Shown: in pieces, positions 1-12,008 of the stretch
How positions within the stretch are numbered: position 1 is the stretch's first letter
How the letters are laid out: each line of letters starts with the position of its first letter
NCBI GenBank assembly: GCA_963765605.1
Contig: CAVXXA010000006.1
Span: forward strand, 27,495 to 91,494
Direction: 5' to 3'
Length of the DNA stretch: 64,000 bases
Origin: Candidatus Bathyarchaeota archaeon
Lineage (GTDB): Archaea > Thermoproteota > Bathyarchaeia > Bathyarchaeales > Bathycorpusculaceae
Program-made: the position numbers and the translations under genes
The notes under the pieces: generated by a model
What the model was told of the DNA's origin: nothing
The model's database searches: none
What the model saw: the letters and a program-made list of their open reading frames with translations, nothing else

Positions 1-873
1 TAACTAGAGTTGTATATTTCCTGCAATTTTTGGTTACTCCAAACATAACCCTGTGTCTCAAAACTGTTGCCTCGAACGTCCGTTTGACCAACCCACAGAA
101 ATCGGACATCTGGGAACTCAGGTTTAAGACTTTTCGAAAGCTGCATGAAATGGTAAACACCTTTTTGTTTGTTAATTTGATCAGAGAGAAACAGGACTGT
201 TTTTGGCTTACTAAAGGAATAATGTTGGTTTCATCTTGTCAAATAAACTCCGTTGTATACAACGTTAACTTTCGAAGTATCATAGCTTAAGCTCGCCATA
301 ACTTTCTTCAGAAACAGACTATCACTTACAATTGCTGAAGCATGACTAAGTTTTCGACATAATATTAATACTTTTCATCATAGCAAGTTGAGTAAAAGGT
401 AAACATGCGATAGAAGGAATAGTAGAAGGCATTTGCCCAGTAGCTTTTGCCCGTTTTGCCAAACATAGACCACAACTCTTGCTTGGCCCATCACAAGGAG
501 AATCAGTAATCTCATTAAAAAGGCAACTCAACGTGCAAACAGGCCAAAGAATCTGAGCTTGAGCAATCGTTGGTATTCCTGACAGCACGCCAGCCCAGAA
601 AGCAGAAAGATCGTAGTCATACCACGTCATAATGATATCTGGTTTAATTTCCTCGAAGTGCTGTCTATACGCATCTACGAATTTTCGATCCAAGACAGAC
701 TCAGCTGTCCATGGATTCAAAACACTCCATTTACGAGGTCGGTCACGGGGTAAGAAACATTTAGCGACCTGAATATCTTGTGCCAAGAACGCTCTATCTA
801 ATATTCGAGCAACACATGGCTCTCCGCCCGTCCAAGAAGGCTCTAATATGACACCAACAAAAAGAACTTTCAT
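1..873 (-). CDS. GT4 family glycosyltransferase, frameshifted, runs off window start
   Basis: N-term MKVLFVG..GGE (ORF 346-873). Other frames below 346 continue with VVYNGV and KTVLFLSDQINKQKGVYHF. Contains a Cys-rich loop. Confidence 0.75.
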
Positions 874-1079
874 GCATTGTCTCCTGCTACGTGAGATACA
901 AAGAATAATTATATTTTAGGACTAACTTTTTCGACCACCATTTATTTTACTTAGAAACCTGTTTTTGCCGTCTTAATTAGACAGAGATCAGTCAATATTA
1001 CTGTGATGCTCTGCCAGCAAGCACTGATATAGTGCATGCTCAGATACAATTAGCTCCGATGCTATTACTTTCATTGATA

Positions 1080-2234
1080 TCACCTTTGATTTTGGGAACC
1101 TCTTTTGTTCTCGACTAATTTTTCAGAGTGCATGGCATTAACAGGGATTTCCCCTTGAAAATTTTCTTGAGGCGATTTATTGGAGACAAAATCGGTCTTA
1201 GGGTTAATCTTTCGGCTCATGACATCGTGAAGGGCTATTAATGTACGGGCGGAGAGAGGCCAAGTAGGGTTTATTGGCATTCCATACCACTCCCTACATT
1301 TGGAACAGACAGAAATTTCTTTAAGATCCATTTTTTTATGTTTTTTTCTCAAATCTAAGAATTGTTTTGAATTCCAAATATCCTCTAGCTTTTTTTCCTT
1401 AAGGTTTCCAAGGGCTATTTCGCCATTAAAATCTCGACAGCACATTACTACAGTTCCATCAACCAAAACCACTACATCCTTCCATAACCATTTACAAGGA
1501 TACCGGAATCTCTGATTACAATTGTAAAGATATTCATCCTTAGTGCCGCTTGTTCCAACGCTTCCTGCAAATGTGTCGAAGCCTTTAATACGTATAGAAT
1601 CCACTCCAGCGGTCTTCCAAAAATCATAGAATAATTTAATGTCCCCGTCAGTTTCTTTCATTCTGATGATTTGTACTGTAATAAATGGGTTCTTTGCACC
1701 TTTTTCTTGCTTTAGCTTGATAAACGAAACTATGTTTTCTTTAACGTTATAGAAGTTTGCACCAATCCTAATTTTTTCGTATGTTTCTTTAGTTGCTCCA
1801 TCAAAGGAAAACACAATATAGTCTAAGCCGGCCTCTATCAAATTCCGACCAATATCCGGCGTTAGAAGTGTGGCATTGGTTGAGATGCCAGTATGCACGT
1901 GTTTTCTTTTGCAATACCTTATCATGTTAGTTAACTCTGGGTGCAGAAGAGGTTCTCCAAAATTATGCAACCAAACAGTTCCTAAATGTGGGTTTTCGTC
2001 AATGATCTTCGAAAGTAACGAAAAATCCATGAATTGCTTTTCACGTTTCATTTTAGTGATAGGACACATAATGCATCTGAGGTTGCAGAAATTTGTGATT
2101 TCAATATTGTCAATATTGGGTTTTGCAGGACTTCTAATTGTTCGAAGGTTATAAGAAAAGCTTGAAAGCAATTGATTTTTTGCGGATTCTACAATCTTTC
2201 TAAATCTTGGCTCGCGTATCCCGATATTTTTCAT
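1080..2234 (-). CDS. Radical SAM protein with SPASM/twitch domain
   Basis: CxxxCxxC (FCNLRCIMC), GEPLLHP, and C-terminal PCKWLW...VDGTVVMCC...CSKC. Confidence 0.9.
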   Translation of the reverse strand: MKNIGIREPRFRKIVESAKNQLLSSFSYNLRTIRSPAKPNIDNIEITNFCNLRCIMCPITKMKREKQFMDFSLLSKIIDENPHLGTVWLHNFGEPLLHPELTNMIRYCKRKHVHTGISTNATLLTPDIGRNLIEAGLDYIVFSFDGATKETYEKIRIGANFYNVKENIVSFIKLKQEKGAKNPFITVQIIRMKETDGDIKLFYDFWKTAGVDSIRIKGFDTFAGSVGTSGTKDEYLYNCNQRFRYPCKWLWKDVVVLVDGTVVMCCRDFNGEIALGNLKEKKLEDIWNSKQFLDLRKKHKKMDLKEISVCSKCREWYGMPINPTWPLSARTLIALHDVMSRKINPKTDFVSNKSPQENFQGEIPVNAMHSEKLVENKRGSQNQR

Positions 2235-2362
2235 TTTGCTGTCTCCTACAGTTACAGTATTTTCTGCAATCTAAAACGGGGGCTAAGTCGCGTTGATGTT
2301 TCCAATATTTTGACTATGTAAACATTTACTATTCAGTTATGCACTAATTTTTTTTTCGTATG

Positions 2363-3425
2363 TTACGCATTGATTATGATACAATGAATATCTCGAAGTT
2401 TAGATGGTATTACGCAAAGAGGAAATTGGAGTTTTATTCGTATGAATTTTGCAAGAAGCATTTCAGGAGAGATTTTTGATTTGCTCCAATGTTCAAGCCT
2501 ATTTTTCCACACATGCTTGAAATTCTTTCAGTAGCCACGCTAAGGCGCGAATGTTTCCAGAAATTTCTGGCAGGTCATTCCTTTCTTACTAATAGCAACG
2601 ATTCAACGGCAATTGAAAAATGTAGAATTAACAAAGCCTTTAACAAATCTCTAAGATTGAAATAAACATCAAACATCAAACACATTTTGGCTCTCAAAAG
2701 AGAGAAAGTTGCAGATTGATTATCCAAAATTTCTTTTGTGGTTGCCCCGCCAATGTGACGTATTCTTGAACTTGAAACCGATACAACTCGTTTGCCAGCA
2801 GAGCCAGGTTTTCAGACGCCCAGCAAAGTATCATCATAATTATAATGGTATTTCAGAATCAAACAATCCGATTTCATCAAGAAACTCTTTTCTTGCTATC
2901 ATTGAGCATCCCGATGCAAACGACACTTCAAATTGGAAGAAACTCAAAATCGTCTTTTCTTCCAGTCCCTACTGGACAAAGGAACAAGGAGATAATCACT
3001 CCAAAGCCCGCCTGCTCCTCGGAGTTTCTTCCCATCGATTCGATAGTATAGTACTCCCAGCCAATCCAATCGTTTTGTCTTTTTCCATGCTATTGACTAA
3101 GGGAGCAAGCCAATAGGGGTCAGCGATTGTGTCGTTGTTTAAAAAAGCGATGTATTCTCCTCTTGCATGACTGAAACCAAAATTATTGCCACCGCTAAAC
3201 CCTAAGTTTTGATTGCTTCTGAAAATTCTTAATCGACTGTCATTTCCGAAGGTATTTTCGACTATTTTCAAGCTAGAATCAGTGGATGCGTTGTCTACGA
3301 AGATTACCTCAAAATTTGGATACTTTGTGCTTAAAACGGAAGAAAGACATTGACTCCAAATAGTTTTCTCCATTGAAATTCAAAATAATAACCGAAACGA
3401 GAGGAGCATTTTTCTGGGCAATCAC
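2363..3425 (-). CDS. GT2 family glycosyltransferase, multiply frameshifted
   Basis: GTG start gives APLVSVIILNFNG. ORF 2996-3373 has VDNASTDSS, NLGFSGGNN and FLNNDT. Downstream frames continue; the end coordinate is approximate. Confidence 0.75.
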
Positions 3426-3537
3426 ATTTTTGGCCTCGATTGGGTTAAGTGGATGGGCAGTTTCAACGTTCTATTAATTCTTCTAACTCAATTTACCTTT
3501 AATCCACCAAACTCGGCGGAAGCACTCCGAATTTTTG

Positions 3538-4734
3538 TCATAAATAGTCGAAGTTAGATCTGATGAGTGATTTGTAAATATCAGCTATGGAAGGGGCAAC
3601 ATTTTGAATATCGTGTTTTTCTGACACAGTCTTAATGCCGTTCGCTGTAATCTCTGCCTGCAAGTTTTTGTTTTTAACCAAACCTATCAAGTCCGAGGCC
3701 AATTGATTCACGCTACCAGGTGCTGACAACAAACCATTTACGCCATTAGAAATTAATTCTTTCATGATTCCAAAGTTTGGGGCAACAACTGCGAGGCCTG
3801 CTGCCCAAGCTTCAAGTGTAGTTATGTAGCTTCCCCTTGTCCCAATAAAGATGTCACTATTCCACAAAAACTTTCTAACGTCGAATTTAGCTCCATAAAA
3901 TGTAACGGCCTCTTCAAGTTTCATGTCTTGAACTAGACGATTTGCGTATTCGTAAAGCGGCCCGTATCCGACAATTTTTAAAGTTGCAGCAGGTATCTCC
4001 TTTCTGACTTTTGCAAAAGCTCGAATTGGAGTTATTGGATCCTTGGCTTTGCTTAGTCTGGAAATCATTAATATTCTATTTCCAGAACCATTTTGAATTG
4101 AATTAGCACGTTTAAAGGATTTTGCGTCAACAAAATTAGGGATCAACCGACTTTTCTTGCCTAATCCTAATTTCTGCAATAAATTATAAGTTTCCTTGAA
4201 ATAAGTTGTAACAACGTCAGCGCGTCTGAGGACACTAAGCGTTGTTTGATCTCTAATGGGCATGGCCAATGGGTCAGCAGGGTTCACTGAATCGCCATGA
4301 AGAGTAACTACCAAAGGACGATGAAAATGTTGGCTCAGGAAAAGACCGATTTTCGGGTAAATTGGCTGCCAAAATCCGTGAATATGAAATATATCAACTT
4401 GATCAATCCCACGGACATTCGCTGCTACTTTGCAAAGATTCGATGTTAATGAGTCATCAAATATTTTGTAACTTCGATGAAAAGTCTTGTAAGATACTTT
4501 TCTTAGAAGACTTGGGAAAACAGCGTTTAGCCTATGTACTTCTAAGCTATTAATTCTCTCACAGTCATATATTCGAAGTGCCCGCAAGAGAGACATACCA
4601 GATTTATCTGTAAGCAAAACAAAATGCATAGCTTGATCTTCTTGCGACAAATAGTCAGATAAGCTAAGAATATATCGCTCTACTCCCCCGATTTCCAATG
4701 GAAAGAAGTTTTGCCAGATGTGACAGATGCGCAT
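3538..4734 (-). CDS. GT4 family glycosyltransferase
   Basis: GGVERY, VVTLHG, IPNFVD, LEAWAAGLAVV. Confidence 0.9.
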   Translation of the reverse strand: MRICHIWQNFFPLEIGGVERYILSLSDYLSQEDQAMHFVLLTDKSGMSLLRALRIYDCERINSLEVHRLNAVFPSLLRKVSYKTFHRSYKIFDDSLTSNLCKVAANVRGIDQVDIFHIHGFWQPIYPKIGLFLSQHFHRPLVVTLHGDSVNPADPLAMPIRDQTTLSVLRRADVVTTYFKETYNLLQKLGLGKKSRLIPNFVDAKSFKRANSIQNGSGNRILMISRLSKAKDPITPIRAFAKVRKEIPAATLKIVGYGPLYEYANRLVQDMKLEEAVTFYGAKFDVRKFLWNSDIFIGTRGSYITTLEAWAAGLAVVAPNFGIMKELISNGVNGLLSAPGSVNQLASDLIGLVKNKNLQAEITANGIKTVSEKHDIQNVAPSIADIYKSLIRSNFDYL

Positions 4735-4871
4735 AAGTTTTTTTCAACTTCTTAGATTCTTTCTGGAAAAACCGCATTACACTAGGTAAGCGTTTTGCTA
4801 CACAAAAAAATGCTCTGATGATTGCCAGCATACTTAAGTAATGGTTTCGAGCACGGGATTAGAAATCTGCA

Positions 4872-5933
4872 TCATTCACACAAGTTTTTGTACAATGAGA
4901 TGTATTTTTCCGCGATTTTTTCCCAACTGTAGCTCGTCACTTTTTCATATGCATTACGCGTTAATTCTTCCTTCAGGCGAGAATCTCTATATAAAGCAAT
5001 AACTTCCATGGATAGTGCGTTAGCATCTTCTGATTTGAACAACAGACCATTAACTCTATTAGAAATAATTTCTCGAAAACTTGGAATATCTGACGCTATT
5101 ACTGGAATTCCTGAGGCCATAGCTTCAAGAACAACTATTCCAAAACCTTCATGTCTCGATGGAAAAATGCAAACATCTGCAGACTTATAGTATTCTGGAG
5201 TCATAGAGTGCTGAAACCAACCGTGAAAAATTACATGTTTTTCAATTCCTATCTTCTTGGCCAAACGCAGGCAAAATCGATCATTACCCTTTCCGACAAG
5301 ATGCAATTTAATGTTTGGAAATTCAGATCTAAGGTTGGCTACCGCTTGAAATAAAATATCGATGCCTTTTAGCCTCGAGAGGTGACCAATATACAGGACA
5401 GAAGGATCACCTTCTAACATTATTGTCTTATTATTATCTGTATACATTTTTAGGTCTACCCCATTGGGAATAACCACAACTTTTTTGCGATCTAAGCCGT
5501 ACCAAGTAGCGACGCTATCACGCATAAACTCCGAGTTCACCACTATTCGATCTGCCAACTTACAGTAACTCAGTATATTCATCCAATCATTAAACGAAAC
5601 AGAACCATTCCACTGTTCTGCCCTCAGTTCCAGCTGAGGGATACCGTGAATATTGAGAACCGTACGGGCTTGTCTTAACCTAGCAAATCTTAGCAGAATA
5701 GAACTTCCATTGATCCAAGTGGGAGTTGTGTTGAAATGAATAACGTCGAAATCCTTTTTAATAAATTGACTGAAAACATTGAGGTAAAGTTCTAGGAAAT
5801 CTTTGTTGGACTTTATTCCGCTTAAATAAGTGACACCTATTTTTTTACTTAAAGCCAAAGGTAGGTAATAGGCTACATTGGCTACTCCGCCGCCTGCTGC
5901 TTGATTCGATTCACCATAGTACAAGATCTTCAA
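4872..5933 (-). CDS. GT4 family glycosyltransferase
   Basis: IPNGVD, KGIDIL, PSRHEGFGIVVLEAMASGIPVI. Confidence 0.95.
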   Translation of the reverse strand: MKILYYGESNQAAGGGVANVAYYLPLALSKKIGVTYLSGIKSNKDFLELYLNVFSQFIKKDFDVIHFNTTPTWINGSSILLRFARLRQARTVLNIHGIPQLELRAEQWNGSVSFNDWMNILSYCKLADRIVVNSEFMRDSVATWYGLDRKKVVVIPNGVDLKMYTDNNKTIMLEGDPSVLYIGHLSRLKGIDILFQAVANLRSEFPNIKLHLVGKGNDRFCLRLAKKIGIEKHVIFHGWFQHSMTPEYYKSADVCIFPSRHEGFGIVVLEAMASGIPVIASDIPSFREIISNRVNGLLFKSEDANALSMEVIALYRDSRLKEELTRNAYEKVTSYSWEKIAEKYISLYKNLCE

Positions 5934-6053
5934 ATGTCATCAGCCAAAATTGGTAGCAGAACAAGCATGAGCCGCGGAATTGTCCAAATAGATGGTTAAC
6001 GGATAAATTATCAGGTACAATAGTAAGGGTAAACCTGGATACTGTTTTTCAAG

Positions 6054-6935
6054 TTAAATCAAGAATATTTTTTCTCTTGCGCACATGTCCCAGAAGATTA
6101 GGCGTTCATAGATTAGCCTTACGTAAGTGAAGGGGAACAAATCAAAATCCTCTTTTGTTTTGTATCTATTGCTAATAAAACTGCGAATAATTAGAGGGGG
6201 AAAAAAAATGGCTACCAAGTTCATTGGGAACAGAATTCTCCATGTGTAAAAAGATTTGTCGTGGAGTTTTTTGTAAATCAAGACCCGATTTCTTATTGTT
6301 TCCGCTTTCCGCAAAAATTGTCTCGAGTTGAGTGTTTTCTTTTGATGATAAACTATCATGTTAGGGTTGAAACATATCTTTCCAAGCCTTTTTGCCCTGA
6401 ATGCGAGATCTCTGTCTTCCATGTAAGTATATCTTTCATCAAAGCCGCCGATGCTGTTCAAAACACTTTTCATGTAGGCAATGTTACAGGTTGGATACTC
6501 TCCACCATATATGTTATCGACCACGTCATCTGAACGGGTTGGTTTGTATTCTTTTGAAACGTAGTAAGTCTTTCCTTCTACGCCAATGCAATCTGAGTTT
6601 TTTAGATATTTCAGCCCTTCCTCAACCCAGTTTTTTGATACTAGGCAGTCACCATCTGTGAAGAAAACATGTTCTCCAGTGGCATACTTCAAACATTTGT
6701 TTCTGCTTGCTGGAAGCCCAAGCTGCTTTTCATTCCTAAAGTATCTTATTTTTTGATCCTTAAATTTCTCAATTATTTCTTTTGTTTTGTCGGTGCTTAC
6801 GTCATCGACCATGACAATCTCAAAATCACTAAATGTTTGATCTAAAAGATTTTTTAGGCAAAGCTCGAGGTGCTTCTCAGCATTCCTAACAGTGATCAGA
6901 ACGCTGATATTGGCCCCCACTTCTTCGATCCCCAA
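6054..6935 (-). CDS. GT2 family glycosyltransferase
   Basis: ISVLITVRN, VDDVSTDKT, FTDGDC, GGFDERY..EDRDL. Confidence 0.92.
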   Translation of the reverse strand: MGIEEVGANISVLITVRNAEKHLELCLKNLLDQTFSDFEIVMVDDVSTDKTKEIIEKFKDQKIRYFRNEKQLGLPASRNKCLKYATGEHVFFTDGDCLVSKNWVEEGLKYLKNSDCIGVEGKTYYVSKEYKPTRSDDVVDNIYGGEYPTCNIAYMKSVLNSIGGFDERYTYMEDRDLAFRAKRLGKICFNPNMIVYHQKKTLNSRQFLRKAETIRNRVLIYKKLHDKSFYTWRILFPMNLVAIFFPPLIIRSFISNRYKTKEDFDLFPFTYVRLIYERLIFWDMCAREKIFLI

Positions 6936-7000
6936 AAAATGAGCATGTGCTCAATTTTCTTATTATCTTCATTAAAGTTATGACAATCAAATATCAAGAT

Positions 7001-8209
7001 CTAACTGTTACAATATATTATGCTATTAATTGTACTCAAAAGTTCCGTCCGCTGTTTCTCCGCTAAAGATAGGGCGTGTTTTCGATTTTGTAAGCCCATC
7101 TCCACAATCTTATCTCCCCCAAACTCCAGCAGTTGAAGTAATTTTGCTGCTAAGTCTTGACCATCAACATATGAATACTCGTAAGGAAGTAGGTCTCCTC
7201 GCACACCAAATTGGTCTGAGAAGATAACTAGACCAGCCATGGCGTAGTCATATTTTCTTTCGTTGGAACCAGCCATGTGAATGCCTAGATTTATGCCAAT
7301 CCAAGATTTACTAAGAGTTCTCAAGTATTCTACCTTGCTTGGGATGAATTCAAAGCTCTCAAGTTCAATGTTTGTGGAAACTTGTTGAGGCTCAACACCA
7401 ATTGCATAGACCCTAATTTTCCTATGCACATATGCTAAGGCTTTGAAGATTTCCTTAAGAGATTTATCGGCTTCCGGGCCCCAATGTTCTCGTAGGACTA
7501 TGCTTATGCTTGGACATTTGTCCTTGGCACTTGGCTCAAATTCCGATTGCGGATAAATATTTGGATAAAAAACTGCTTTTCTGGCGCCCATTTCGATATA
7601 CTTGAGCTTATCTCTTTCACTACAGGCTATAACTACATCTGCAAGAGCAATTGCCTTCTGTTCAAATTTGTACATCAATTCTTTTGCGATTAAATTGTCT
7701 TTGAAGCCGTAACGATTTTGCGCAATATCTTGCGACACGTAGATAATAACCCCTAATTGTTTGAGTTTTTTTAGATTCACAGTGTTTATGCTCAAGAATT
7801 CATCTATTAAGAAGGCCCTTGGAGCCCCCAGCCCCTTCAAAAAGCGGATTAGGCTATCTGTTCGGGATTGCGTCGCAAAATAATAATATAATGCTTGTGA
7901 AAGGATCGAAAGGAAACCTTCATTGAAAAGCACCTGTGCTCTCGGCCTACTGAACAAACGTCTTAGGATTCCATCACGTAGATCACGAGGGCTCTTCAAC
8001 ATCATTAATAAAAAATAAGCCAAAATTCCTGAAGCGGAAGTGGCCAAGTCAATCCTGTTGTAAGCCCAGTTTTCGGTAAACTTTCTTGACTGTATTCTTG
8101 AAACCCGAAGCACCTCAGCCATAGAAGCTAAACCAAAAAGTTGAAGCACAAATCTCGTTTTCTGTGAAAGCTCTTCCCCATCTCTAATTACGATTAGCAT
8201 ACAAGTCAA
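7001..8209 (-). CDS. Hypothetical protein, probable divergent GT-B fold glycosyltransferase
   Basis: 402 aa ORF in the glycan locus; ADVVIACSERD and RKYDYAMAGLVIFS resemble the GT-B C-domain. Confidence 0.55.
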   Translation of the reverse strand: MTCMLIVIRDGEELSQKTRFVLQLFGLASMAEVLRVSRIQSRKFTENWAYNRIDLATSASGILAYFLLMMLKSPRDLRDGILRRLFSRPRAQVLFNEGFLSILSQALYYYFATQSRTDSLIRFLKGLGAPRAFLIDEFLSINTVNLKKLKQLGVIIYVSQDIAQNRYGFKDNLIAKELMYKFEQKAIALADVVIACSERDKLKYIEMGARKAVFYPNIYPQSEFEPSAKDKCPSISIVLREHWGPEADKSLKEIFKALAYVHRKIRVYAIGVEPQQVSTNIELESFEFIPSKVEYLRTLSKSWIGINLGIHMAGSNERKYDYAMAGLVIFSDQFGVRGDLLPYEYSYVDGQDLAAKLLQLLEFGGDKIVEMGLQNRKHALSLAEKQRTELLSTINSIIYCNS

Positions 8210-8391
8210 CTTTTGAAAACGGAATTTTTAAAATTCAATCCTTTTATTTTTCAAGTGCCCAATCTTATGTTAATACCAGCAGAACCGAGGAGTGCAAAGT
8301 ATTTAACTTCTTAAAGAAAACGTTTAATCGTTCTCCAAGCGCGTCAACGCTTCTTTAATGAGTCAGGCAGAGTCTTATGGTAATTAAGGTA

Positions 8392-9019
8392 TCAATGAGC
8401 GCCCGCAAGTTCGTTTCGCAAAATCTCCGTAGCTCGAAACCAACAGTTCCGTGAACCTTTGTCTGATATTTTCTTTGCTGGACAGCCAGCAATAGTAATG
8501 TCAGGCTCTTTAAAAGATTTGTTAACATATGAGTTTGCTCCGATGGCTATCCCATCAGCAATTTCAATATCTCCATCTATAACTGCACCTGGTCCAATGA
8601 AGACATTATTGCCTATTTTCGGGGCAGCAGCGGGATAATAAATACTTCCAATTGAGACACACCGATCTATCCTGCAATTTTCCCCAACCACAGCTTTTGG
8701 ATGCACTATTATTGGACCTCCATGTGCAATTGACAAGCCTGGTCCAAACACGTTACGACCAATCGTAAGATGCTAATTTCATGCTTAATTTTTGAAGACT
8801 AAACCTTGCCTGCAAACAAACAATCTTATCTAAAGGATTATTTCCACAATTCTCCAAGTATTCGACTTTGCGTAGCAACCGTTCGAATTTCCAAGTTTCG
8901 TTTTGAAGACTTGAAACTAAAAATCCGCGAGGACGCTTATGCTTAATCGCTAGCGCAAGCCGATCAGCTGCTAAATAGAATTCATAATCTTCTTTGGATT
9001 TAATCATACTTATTCTCAA
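8392..9019 (-). CDS. Serine O-acetyltransferase-like hexapeptide acyltransferase (split into ORFs 8753-9019 and 8392-8751)
   Basis: FGPGLSIAHGG, PKIGNNVFIGPGA, IGANSYVNKSF, AGCPAK; N-term IKSKEDYEFYLAAD. Confidence 0.8.
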
Positions 9020-9093
9020 TCAACCCGAATACCTACAGACTTTTTCAAAACAACTTTTGGCACATTAAATCGAGTTTCTCGCATTAAATACCC

Positions 9094-10211
9094 TTAGCAC
9101 AACGTCAATATGTTGTACAATTTGTCGCCAACAACGTCTGCTTTTCTTTTCTCGTATTCTTCGTACCCGTTCTTCTGCAGGTTCTGGTAGAGTTGAGTAT
9201 CATCATAGAGACGATTAATGTTTGAAACAAGATCATTCTCATTTTTTGCTACTACCGCATTTACGTTATCGATTACATAGTTGTCGTCATGTGTCATCAC
9301 AATCGGAGTTCTCATACTCCAACAATCACCAATGAAGCCCCATCCGCCAATTTTTACAGGTGAATAAGCGTAATAGCTACTTCGATATCAATCTAAGTGC
9401 CTCAGTTCTTGATAAATGGTTAACATAGCGAATTGCTTCACCATATCGCACTTTTAGTTTCTTTATTATTGGAGCATGTGGACCTGAACCTACTACAACA
9501 AATTGCTGAGTTTTTGTTTTTTCTAATATTAATGGTAAGGTTTTTTCAAATTCTTGTGTGTTCTTGAAGGGGTAGAGAGATCCAATGTATAAGCCCCTAC
9601 AATTTTCACGTGTGGACGCATACATTCAAAGTCGTCAGGTATGTAAGATGGCCAAGGGAGATAGAATACAGATCTATTGTTTTCTTGATAACAGTCCAAG
9701 ATTTTGCTGATCTCTTGGACTACACGTAATCAAAACGTTGGCTTTTTCGCATAACCAAGACCAGAACTTGGGACCATGAGACATTCCAAAGAAAGCCATA
9801 ATACTCTTCATTTTGCGACTGTTATAGACTTTCGCCTGAGAAAATTCTGCCTGCATCTTCTACCATTAATACTATAGGTTTTTTCAAATATTTTTGAATT
9901 AAAAGAGCGAGCCGCATATTTAGCTCTTGATCGCAAAATATCAAGTCAGGTTTTAGATCTTTAGCTATTTCCAAAATTCTGTTTAATTTTTTGGATGGAA
10001 AAAGGAACATATCTTTGGCATTTTCGTAAAGCCTGTATATTTGAATACCAGTCCATATTTTCATATGATGGAAAATTACCTTCTCCCTTTTGACCCATAG
10101 ACCTACAGGCAACAATTGCCAATTTACACCTTTGTCGTGAAGTCTAATGAGCATGTAAGCGTTATCGTTTACTTGCTTGCTCATTCCAGGGAATATGCAT
10201 AATATATTCAA
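9094..10211 (-). CDS. GT4-like glycosyltransferase, split into four ORF fragments
   Basis: Consecutive fragments: MNILCIFPG, KPDLIF, LYIGSLYPFKN, VVGSGP, TPIVMT..LQKNG. Confidence 0.65.
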
Positions 10212-10286
10212 ATGATCACCGAAACTTTGGGATTATGTCCTGAACAAATACAAGATTTTTTGCTTTTCACAACGGCCTAACGGAAT

Positions 10287-11864
10287 TTACTTGGCTTTCA
10301 CTGCTATGTAAGAGGGACCAGAATTGTAAACTATATCAAATTTCGGTAGTTGAGAATTATTTTCAATGGAAATACCTTTACCTTGAAGACTACTTTCTAA
10401 ACCGACCGAATAGATTATGGAATCATAGTCCGTAATATTTGCTAAGCCGAAACGTGCTTCATTGTCAGCATCTACTTGAGTTTTTCCTTGAATTTGTGTA
10501 GAGATATAATAAGACATGGCGGCATCAGCAATTAACACACTACTTGAGTTCCAGTTTGTATTTTTCAATCATAAAGTTTGCCGTCTTTGCATCATTTTTA
10601 GTTTGAAAAGTTATTGGATAACCACTAAAAGAGGAGTGAATTGGAATGGCAACAAATAACATCAATAGAATTAGAAATAAACCTGTCAAATAGGATTTGA
10701 ATCTTGTTTGAAATAAATATGTAACTCCTAGAAACAGGAATAACTAAAATTCCAAGAGCCCTTTCACCCAAAGATGAAACAGCAAGTCCCATAATTGAAT
10801 AAGTTGCTCCCGCAAGAAAAATGGCTCCGTCAACCGCCCTCAATTTTCTTTTGACCAATAGAAAAACGAAGCCCACTAAACATACTAAAACAACCATGAT
10901 AGTTATCGATCTTGACACAGTTTGCGACATTGCTTCAATTGCTGGCGGAACCGTGACTGGTGTACTCAATGTTGAACTTACTATTGTGCCGTAATCTGTT
11001 GGCAAACGAAAGAGGCTCGTGATGTTTAATCCGATCCAATAGGAGCTAAACGTGAATTGAGTAAGCAAAAAAATGTTAGTGGCCACTAAGCACAGTTCAG
11101 CATAAAGTTTACTTCTGCTAATAATGCTTCGGAACAACAAGTAGAGAATAAAAAATAATGCGACAAAACTATGAGCGAGTGAAATGCCGAAAAACAAGAA
11201 TAACATCGTCACCATTATAGAAGTGCTTTTTCTTCGAGTTTCCAGCATGAATAAGACAAAGAGAAGTGCATAGAGCGAGCGAAAATGGAGCGGCTTGATA
11301 GTTTAAGAAATAAAACATTGAAATAAAAAAAGAAGCTACAGCCAAGATAGCTCCTTTCTCGTAGATTTTAGCGACATAAATGTACAATGTTATACCGAGT
11401 AAAGAACCAATGATTGCGTAAAGCAAAAATTCGTAACTAATCAGTGACAGCCCACTTACAGAAGTTACAATATCAGCTAGTAAGAAAAAAGCCGGCCATG
11501 AATAATACTCGTGAATCAATTGAGATGGATCCAAGCTTTTAGTGTTTATGAAATTTTGAGCTAAGCCTGTGAAAGCTTGTGAATCTCCTGTGGGCAGCGA
11601 AAAGTAGAAGTAGGATAAGGAGTAAATCGCAAAGATGATTCCTATAGACGCGGCACATTTTAAAGAGTGACTTTTTGAAAATATTCCCAGCATATAAAGA
11701 GAACCCAACACTAAGGGAAGACTGACCCAATAGAAAAACGATATATGATTGAAAGCGATGTCGCCTGGGAACAGAAAAGATATGGGATAAGTTACGTACC
11801 AAGAGTAGAATAAGAGCACTAAACCGACGGTAAGCGGTATGAATGCTAATTTATTCTTCTCCAA
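10287..11864 (-). CDS. Multi-pass membrane protein (GT-C/polymerase-like, DUF2206-like), frameshifted
   Basis: Three consecutive hydrophobic ORFs with more than 10 predicted TM stretches, YYSWPAFFLL, and a soluble C-term ending IVYNSG. Confidence 0.6.
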
Positions 11865-12008
11865 GTTTTAACACCATATTAGTAAGCTTAAAGTTCCAAA
11901 GCAAATGTGAGCAAAGGTAATTGCAGCAGTGAACATGCAAAGCCAAATCTCGGCGGGTGATTGAAACAAAAGATAGCAGCCAAGCTGTTGGCAAAATCAA
12001 CTCTGCAA

